From positions 41,369-105,368 of the IMG/VR virus record IMGVR_UViG_3300034161_000008: a DNA stretch of 64,000 nt; one strand, 5' to 3'. Of the stretch, positions 58,246 through 64,000 are shown one piece after another. The DNA is from a virus. Each line of letters opens with the position of its first letter. Position 1 is the stretch's first letter. The translations under genes were made by a program, and so were the position numbers. The notes below the pieces were generated by a model that worked only from the letters and a program-made list of their open reading frames with translations, did no database searches and had not been told where the DNA came from.

Positions 58246-58675
58246 TCGCTACGACCTCCGCCTTAGGAATGTACAGCGGGTTGATGACGTCCACAGTAAC
58301 CATAATGCCACGAGGGGTGTGAGATGCACCCACTGGCAGTTTCGCTGTGAATTTGTGGAACTCAGGCTCCAGATACATGTCGGCGTTGCCAGTGAAGACC
58401 GTATCTTGATCAACGATAAACAAAGGCAGACCCAGATTGCGACCGATGGCGTGACCGTAACCGATGGTCAAGTTGTCAGGCACGGTCAGGCCCTGCTCAA
58501 CCAAAGCTTCGATTGCCAGTGCATTCAGACTTACTTCTGCCTGTTCGCCCACGTACGGTACGTACACGTACATGGTGTACGTTTGCGAGTTGTGGATCTT
58601 TATTGCCCGTACAGAGGCCACCGCGAGGTCGTCGGGTAGCGACGGTACTTCCAGCTGTTGATTCGTAGTAAGCAT
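58220..58675 (-). CDS. Hypothetical protein
   Basis: 151 aa, TAATG-coupled; lacks the family motif. Confidence 0.7.
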   Translation of the reverse strand: MLTTNQQLEVPSLPDDLAVASVRAIKIHNSQTYTMYVYVPYVGEQAEVSLNALAIEALVEQGLTVPDNLTIGYGHAIGRNLGLPLFIVDQDTVFTGNADMYLEPEFHKFTAKLPVGASHTPRGIMVTVDVINPLYIPKAEVVANEQLSSSI

Positions 58676-59187
58676 TAGTCTTCTACCTCTTCGAGTTCTT
58701 CTTGCAGCAGCATGGGTGCCTGGTCGTTATCATCGGAGTCCAAGATGACGGCCATGCGCGCGTTGTGGTCGAAGCTGTCGGTGGACAGGTCTGGCATGCC
58801 AGCAGCCACGTAAGCTTTCATTGCCTCGACTTGCTCAGGCGACGGAGGTTCGCGATCGAACGACACGTTCTGAGTGGTCGGGGTCATTACGAACAGACTG
58901 TTCCAATTGTCCGTTCCGTCAGTGTCTTCGATGATCATGCCGTGTGCATCAGGCACTGCAATAACGTGGATGTTCTCACTGAAAAGATGTGGGCGAGTGT
59001 CCTGAATCACATCCAGCAGACTCAGGGAGGATGGAGCTTCGCCAACAGTTTCACGAACTACGGCACCAAAACCTTGCTGATGCAAAGTGTCGGCAATCAG
59101 CACGGTCAGAATGTTTCGGTCTTCCAGACGTCCGCCTGTGACCAACACGTTCAAGTCCATGTCGATTTCTTTATCGTCCAAATTCAT
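58675..59187 (-). CDS. Hypothetical protein, tandem paralog family
   Basis: LNVLVTGG...R..L...L...GF; SLLDVIQDTRPHLF. Confidence 0.75.
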   Translation of the reverse strand: MNLDDKEIDMDLNVLVTGGRLEDRNILTVLIADTLHQQGFGAVVRETVGEAPSSLSLLDVIQDTRPHLFSENIHVIAVPDAHGMIIEDTDGTDNWNSLFVMTPTTQNVSFDREPPSPEQVEAMKAYVAAGMPDLSTDSFDHNARMAVILDSDDNDQAPMLLQEELEEVED

Positions 59188-59214
59188 TGCACATACTCGT
59201 TGGGTGGGTACAGA

Positions 59215-59254
59215 GCATAAAGCCCCCTAGGCAGTTTTTACCACCTAGGGGTTT
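59215..59254 (-). terminator. One-sided hairpin-TATG element between co-directional minus strand genes
   Basis: Stem cccctagg/cctagggg followed on the minus strand by TTATGC; no TATG on the other side. Confidence 0.6.
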
Positions 59255-59256
59255 GT

Positions 59257-59835
59257 TCAGAAGCTCTTGATGTGGACGTCGTTGTCGAGAGTCATCTCAC
59301 GAACTTGAACGTTCATACCACCAGCCTTGAGTGCAGCGTTTGCCATTTCAAGCGCAGCCAGAGGACCGTTCTCTTGGAACAGTTCTTTGAGACTTGCATG
59401 ATAGACCTTAACGCCTTCAGCTACAGCAGCATCAATAGCGACAGCTTTCTGATGATCCAGTTGTTCTGCATTACGCAGAATGCCAGTCATCTCCGCTGCC
59501 AGTGAATCCCCAGCCGGAGTACCGATTTGCGGCCATGCCGACAAAGCAGAAGCAATTGCCGTATCGGAGATGCCGCGCAGGAACTCACGCGCAGTTTCGG
59601 AAGGCTTGTACTGATAACCTTCGTACGCTGCGATATCCACACCAGCCTTGAAGTGCGCAGGCACCATTCGCTCAACTGCTTCCAGCATCGAGATGGTGTC
59701 GCCGACCTGCCGTGTGAAGTGTACGTTTTCGAACCCGTGGGTACGTAACGCATCTTCAATCACTTTTCCAACAGCGGTACGAGAGATGTCGTCGCCATTG
59801 GAAATCAACACACTAACTGGGAGCGGATTTTCCAT
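59257..59835 (-). CDS. Hypothetical protein, tandem paralog family
   Basis: VSVLISNG...SRTAVG..I..AL...GF.NV; SMLEAV...P..F. Confidence 0.75.
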   Translation of the reverse strand: MENPLPVSVLISNGDDISRTAVGKVIEDALRTHGFENVHFTRQVGDTISMLEAVERMVPAHFKAGVDIAAYEGYQYKPSETAREFLRGISDTAIASALSAWPQIGTPAGDSLAAEMTGILRNAEQLDHQKAVAIDAAVAEGVKVYHASLKELFQENGPLAALEMANAALKAGGMNVQVREMTLDNDVHIKSF

Positions 59836-59837
59836 AG

Positions 59838-60344
59838 TTAAGCCTCAACAGGGCCGTAGGTGGCGCCGTCAGTTGTAGTGAAAGAAACAACGCGCTGCTG
59901 CTGACCAGCTTTGCGCAGAATATCGTTGGCTGCATCGAGAACAACGGCATCGCCGCCCTCTGCATACAGTTTACCGAAGAGTTCGTTTTCGAGGCGGATC
60001 TGCTTGAGGCGAGATTCTTGAATCTCTGCATCGGAACGTGGCGGAGCCTTCGGACCCGCATCAGCTTCGTACATGGTTTCCATCAGATTGGAGACCGCGT
60101 TGCTGGCACCTTCGTAGTCTTCCGACGTGGTCAGGCTGTACTGTTCGATAACTACCGGAGTGTCGAACATCTCCGGAGCATTGAGCAGCTCACTCACCGC
60201 ATCCATCATCGACATTGGCGTAGCGTTGCACGTTACGTCGGTGAACTTACGGCGCCCCAGATCTTCTTGCAGCGCACCAGCAACAGCGGTACGCAGATAG
60301 GGATTGCCACCGGTGATCAGAACGTTTACTTGATTGGTAGACAT
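59838..60344 (-). CDS. Hypothetical protein, tandem paralog family
   Basis: VNVLITGG....RTAVA..L...L....F.DV; SMMDAV....PEMF. Confidence 0.75.
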   Translation of the reverse strand: MSTNQVNVLITGGNPYLRTAVAGALQEDLGRRKFTDVTCNATPMSMMDAVSELLNAPEMFDTPVVIEQYSLTTSEDYEGASNAVSNLMETMYEADAGPKAPPRSDAEIQESRLKQIRLENELFGKLYAEGGDAVVLDAANDILRKAGQQQRVVSFTTTDGATYGPVEA

Positions 60345-60346
60345 GT

Positions 60347-61003
60347 TCAGTCCTTCACTTCTTCGAAAAGGGTGCCATCGCCAGCCAAGCCGTGATCGGC
60401 ACTAACGGGCAAAGAAAAAGAGCCAGCGTCAGGAGCAGCAGGATCAACCACCACAGGCTTGATAGCTTGCTTGAAACGCGCCACGAGCGATGCGAACGTA
60501 AGGAGGCTCTGCATGGATTGCAAAATCTCTTCGCTGAAGTTACCGGATTCCACCAGTACATTCAGTTCGTCCACAGTGTAGTGGCGATCGCCCAACAGGA
60601 TTGCGATCTTGTGTGCAGGTTTGCTGGTCAGTGCACGAGCCAGGTTCTTCTCGGCCACCGTAGGTTCCACGTACGGGGCGATGTCCATTGGCTGCGCGTA
60701 CGAAGATTGATCTGGACGGAAGTTGTCGATAGCGTCGGTGGTATCGGTCTGCATGGTTGCGTGGGCAGCCAACTGCAAACGAATAGCGTCGATGTCACGA
60801 CCGGAGACCTCAGCCAGATCACCAGAGTTCACGTGAGACTTGAGCGCATCGGCGCAATTGATCTGTGGGCTAAACAAACCGCCCTTCATGATCTCCAAAC
60901 CACCGAAGACCATTTGACCCACAGCACGTCGTTGTTCAAACGTGCCACCTACCACAACAACATTCAGAGCAGACAACGCCCCATCCTTCTTTTGCCCAGC
61001 CAT
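60347..61003 (-). CDS. Hypothetical protein, probable tandem paralog
   Basis: LNVVVVGG....RRAVG..V...L; GGAGG RBS. Confidence 0.7.
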   Translation of the reverse strand: MAGQKKDGALSALNVVVVGGTFEQRRAVGQMVFGGLEIMKGGLFSPQINCADALKSHVNSGDLAEVSGRDIDAIRLQLAAHATMQTDTTDAIDNFRPDQSSYAQPMDIAPYVEPTVAEKNLARALTSKPAHKIAILLGDRHYTVDELNVLVESGNFSEEILQSMQSLLTFASLVARFKQAIKPVVVDPAAPDAGSFSLPVSADHGLAGDGTLFEEVKD

Positions 61004-61014
61004 AAAGCCTCCAC

Positions 61015-61048
61015 GTCATAGAACCTGCCGAGTCGCCCCGGCAGGCTC
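61015..61048 (-). terminator. One-sided hairpin-TATG element
   Basis: Stem cctgccg/cggcagg followed on the minus strand by CTATGAC. Confidence 0.6.
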
Positions 61049-61054
61049 AGTGTT

Positions 61055-63058
61055 TTAGTTGACTACCGACATCAGGTAGAAGTCTTTACCGACGTGACCA
61101 CGAGTCACTTCGATAACCTTCAGATCGTTGGTCAGGATCAGGTGACGTGCGAACTCAGCTTCCACATTGTCAGCACGATCGAAGATCCCGTGGACCAGAG
61201 CGTAGATCTCTGGAACCATCGAATCCAACACCGCTACAGCCAGGCCGTCTTGAAGTTCCACTTCCAGATCGTGGCTCATGCAGTCCAGCACAGTAAAGCT
61301 GGTTTCCTGAGTCAGATAGGTCAGGCAGATGCCTTCGATACCTGCCAGCAGTTGCTCGTCCATCATCTTGCGCTGGTCTTCCGGAATGGTGGCCAGTGCA
61401 GTACGGATGGTGCTTTCTTGGTTGGCTTGGAACGCCTGGAAGATCACAGAGCCTTTCTTCTCGACGTAAGTGAACAGCTGACCGATGTCGTCGCTGAAAC
61501 GCTCGATGTCGATACCCAGGCTGAGGTTCTTGCGCAATACGCGGTTGATGGTCTCAGTCATGGTTTGGTCGATCAGATACCACAGGCTGTCCGGGATATC
61601 GCCCTTGAGTGCCTTGAGCTTCTCAGCCAGACCGACGTAAGTCTCTACGCCACCCAGACGGACAAGCTGCGCGGTGTGATCTTCCTTGGCGGAAGTGATC
61701 TGCAACACGCTGCCGTAGCTTTCGAATGCCAGGAGGTCTTTGCCTTCTTTCATGCACGCTGCTTGGTGAGCCAGACGTACATTCAGAATAGCCGCTTCCA
61801 TCGACGTGCTGAGTTTCCACTCAGTGTCAATCCAGACCGGTACGACTTCGTCGACGCCTTCAACAGGAGGAACGTCAGAGATCATGTCAGCGTGGTTCAA
61901 TGCTTTCACATCAGCCCACACGTCATCCATGTCCTTGGCGCCCATTTTCTGCACTTTGGCTGCCGGGCCAAACACGCCGCCCATGTTGTGCTGTTTCCAG
62001 TCCATCATAGCTTGCGTCAACTCCTTAACAACGATGCCTACGGTGCCATCAGCGAAGATCTGATGGAACAGCAGGTGGGTGGATGGATTGTAAGCAGGCA
62101 GGTACGGTTGCACTGCATTCGGACGCCAGATTTCTTCGGAGTCCACGGCAGGGATCAGGAAGCTACCGTCTTGCAGCACGGTGAGCAATTCGTGGTCGGC
62201 GTACTGCGCTGGTACATTGTTGGTTTTCACTGGTGCCACTTCCTTGGCCACGGGAGCCTTAGCGTGAGTTGCGTGAGCCTGACGGATCGCTGCTGGCTGC
62301 TGGAGAGGCTGTCCTGCTTCGAACGTGACCTCTTCCATGCCTTGGCCTACCTTGTTAGCGTAACGGTCTACACGACCGCCTGGGCCACGTACAGCTGGAC
62401 CTTGCGCTGGTGCACCACCGTACAACGACGCTTGCTGACCCTGACCGGTCAGAGAAACGCCGTTTGGAGCCTGGCGCACGAAGTTATTCGGTGCGTGTGG
62501 CTGCTGTTGCTGGAAGTTCTGGTTCTGCACAAACCCTGCTGGCTGTTGTGCCTGCTGAGCCTGAGCCGATTTCATCTGCGTGATTTCTGCACCGGTCTGA
62601 CGGAACGCTTGCACCAGTTGGTTGACCGCATCCGAAGATTGCGCTGGTACGTAAGCTTGCAGGCCGGGGTAGGTGTACACGTTTGCCGCGGCAATCATTT
62701 CGATTACACGAGGTACGCAGATGGCTGCCGCACTGCCCGGATCAGAATGCTGACGCTTCATGATCTGGAGTTGGATGTAGTCACACGCCGCAGCAACAGT
62801 ATCCGCGAACTCTTGGTTCATGAAGTTGTTCTGCGAGTTCAGGTTGAACATGAAGCAACGCATCGAGTTGTTCTGCGCCGTCTGCTGAATCTCTACAGCA
62901 CAGCAGCCTGCGATATACGCCACGAACGTCTGCATATACGGAGGTACTTGTAGCTGTGGCACGAACGGCGGATTCTGAGGGTTGATGTTCAGAAACGGCG
63001 TGATCAACGAATCAGCTGGAACAGGTAACTGCGCTTGCATCTGGCCTTGAGGAAACAT
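61055..63058 (-). CDS. Conserved jumbo-phage protein downstream of the nvRNAP subunit, with Q/P/A-rich linker
   Basis: 667 aa, AAGGA RBS. Confidence 0.7.
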   Translation of the reverse strand: MFPQGQMQAQLPVPADSLITPFLNINPQNPPFVPQLQVPPYMQTFVAYIAGCCAVEIQQTAQNNSMRCFMFNLNSQNNFMNQEFADTVAAACDYIQLQIMKRQHSDPGSAAAICVPRVIEMIAAANVYTYPGLQAYVPAQSSDAVNQLVQAFRQTGAEITQMKSAQAQQAQQPAGFVQNQNFQQQQPHAPNNFVRQAPNGVSLTGQGQQASLYGGAPAQGPAVRGPGGRVDRYANKVGQGMEEVTFEAGQPLQQPAAIRQAHATHAKAPVAKEVAPVKTNNVPAQYADHELLTVLQDGSFLIPAVDSEEIWRPNAVQPYLPAYNPSTHLLFHQIFADGTVGIVVKELTQAMMDWKQHNMGGVFGPAAKVQKMGAKDMDDVWADVKALNHADMISDVPPVEGVDEVVPVWIDTEWKLSTSMEAAILNVRLAHQAACMKEGKDLLAFESYGSVLQITSAKEDHTAQLVRLGGVETYVGLAEKLKALKGDIPDSLWYLIDQTMTETINRVLRKNLSLGIDIERFSDDIGQLFTYVEKKGSVIFQAFQANQESTIRTALATIPEDQRKMMDEQLLAGIEGICLTYLTQETSFTVLDCMSHDLEVELQDGLAVAVLDSMVPEIYALVHGIFDRADNVEAEFARHLILTNDLKVIEVTRGHVGKDFYLMSVVN

Positions 63059-63093
63059 GTTTCATCCTTCTTGATTTTTTAGCGATCAACTCG

Positions 63094-64000
63094 TCAGTTG
63101 CCGCGGGTTATGTCGTGTTGCACTTGATCGAGCATTGGTGCTAGTTCTGGGTCTCTCAGTAAGACACCCTGCGAGTCGATCTTGCTGACCAAATTCAGTC
63201 GGCTTCGACCAGACGGCTCACTCTTCGGTAAGAACGAATAGCCACAGTGCTCAGCTACACTTACGTGCAGGCGCTTCGATGGATCTCCCAATACCACTTT
63301 CGCTTTCCGGCTACCCTGTCGACTGGAGTTGGATTGCGGCACCAGATTACAAGTTACCTTGAACGCCAGATTGTCTCCTGAGCTACTGATGTTCGAGACT
63401 TCCCCGTGACCTTTGGTGATCGAATAGATCAACCCGGTACGTAGTGTTGAGTTCATTGTTGCGATGACTTCTTTCAAAGTCATTTCTTTCTTGATGCCCA
63501 TCTTCGCTGCTGCGTCTTTATCGGACGCTGCCTTCAAACGGAACATCATCTTCACCGCTGCCGATGAGATTTCATACATCACGTAGTACAACACTTTCAG
63601 CTGCTTGTCGTACACGCTGTTGATCTTATTCGCAGAGCCCAGAATCCAGTCACTGAAGTTCTCAATGATAATCCCGAACAACGCGTACAGATCTTTCACC
63701 GGACAGCCAATCTGCTTGAGCTCTTCGTCCACCAGCGTATCGATGTACTCGTCCAAGGACACCAAGTGTTTGTCCATCTCTTTGATCAGCCAACCTTCAG
63801 GCAAAGCGCCTGACCAGATGACGTGACCCATCAGGATCTTCCACAGCGTACGGGACTTAAAGAACTCAGGCTTGCAGCGTGCGGCGAAGTGATCGATTAC
63901 ATAGAACGCACCGCCAACCAACGCAGACACCATCGGCGACCAGTCTTCCTTACGGATCGCGATCTTGACGTTTGTCGTAGCTTGGTGACCACGCCCAAGG
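63094..64000 (-). CDS. rpoB: Non-virion RNA polymerase beta-like subunit, phiKZ gp123-like (partial, 5' end outside the window)
   Basis: Frame is open to the window edge; LHVS.AE...LPKSEPSGRSRLN corresponds to the RpoB VH.S...P.E...G region. Confidence 0.75.
   Translation of the reverse strand, partial: LGRGHQATTNVKIAIRKEDWSPMVSALVGGAFYVIDHFAARCKPEFFKSRTLWKILMGHVIWSGALPEGWLIKEMDKHLVSLDEYIDTLVDEELKQIGCPVKDLYALFGIIIENFSDWILGSANKINSVYDKQLKVLYYVMYEISSAAVKMMFRLKAASDKDAAAKMGIKKEMTLKEVIATMNSTLRTGLIYSITKGHGEVSNISSSGDNLAFKVTCNLVPQSNSSRQGSRKAKVVLGDPSKRLHVSVAEHCGYSFLPKSEPSGRSRLNLVSKIDSQGVLLRDPELAPMLDQVQHDITRGN

Noticed and set aside
350..61048. CATA...TATG hairpins as MITE/REP mobile elements
   Set aside because: Stem sequences mostly differ, no target-site duplications or transposase seen, and the motif follows transcription direction
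55764..62953. 494-aa (-) and 619-aa (+) ORFs opposite the portal and the 667-aa gene
   Set aside because: Antisense shadows
1..64000. Alternative genetic code, introns or inteins
   Set aside because: Core genes are full length under the standard code with all three stop codons used; no intein or homing endonuclease motifs recognised

Overview
This is a 64 kb segment of a phiKZ-like (nucleus-forming, Chimalliviridae-type) jumbo myovirus genome, densely coding, with no rRNA, tRNA or CRISPR array recognised. phiKZ gp numbers are assigned from recalled motifs and synteny, not from a database search. Core genes: prohead protease (gp175-like), three split virion RNA polymerase subunits (gp178/gp180/gp149-like), a 2306-aa tail protein with a lytic transglycosylase domain (gp181-like), UvsX, RNase H, baseplate spike, SbcC, two repeat-built tail fibres plus a gp38-like polyglycine adhesin, a GH108 endolysin, spanins, RuvC, a baseplate/tail paralog family, portal, and the 3' end of a non-virion RNAP subunit (gp123-like). 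The most notable signals are: (1) eleven intergenic GC hairpins without an adjacent U tract, followed instead by TATG on the transcribed strand and symmetric (CATA...TATG) at every convergent junction, a candidate sequence-specific terminator or processing signal for the phage RNAP; (2) a tandem array of six diverged small paralogs with a degenerate P-loop-like start at 57.3-61.0 kb; (3) NADAR-like, SLOG and CYTH nucleotide-handling genes, the CYTH protein carrying a candidate protease-cleavable leader; (4) two separate spanin-like gene pairs.
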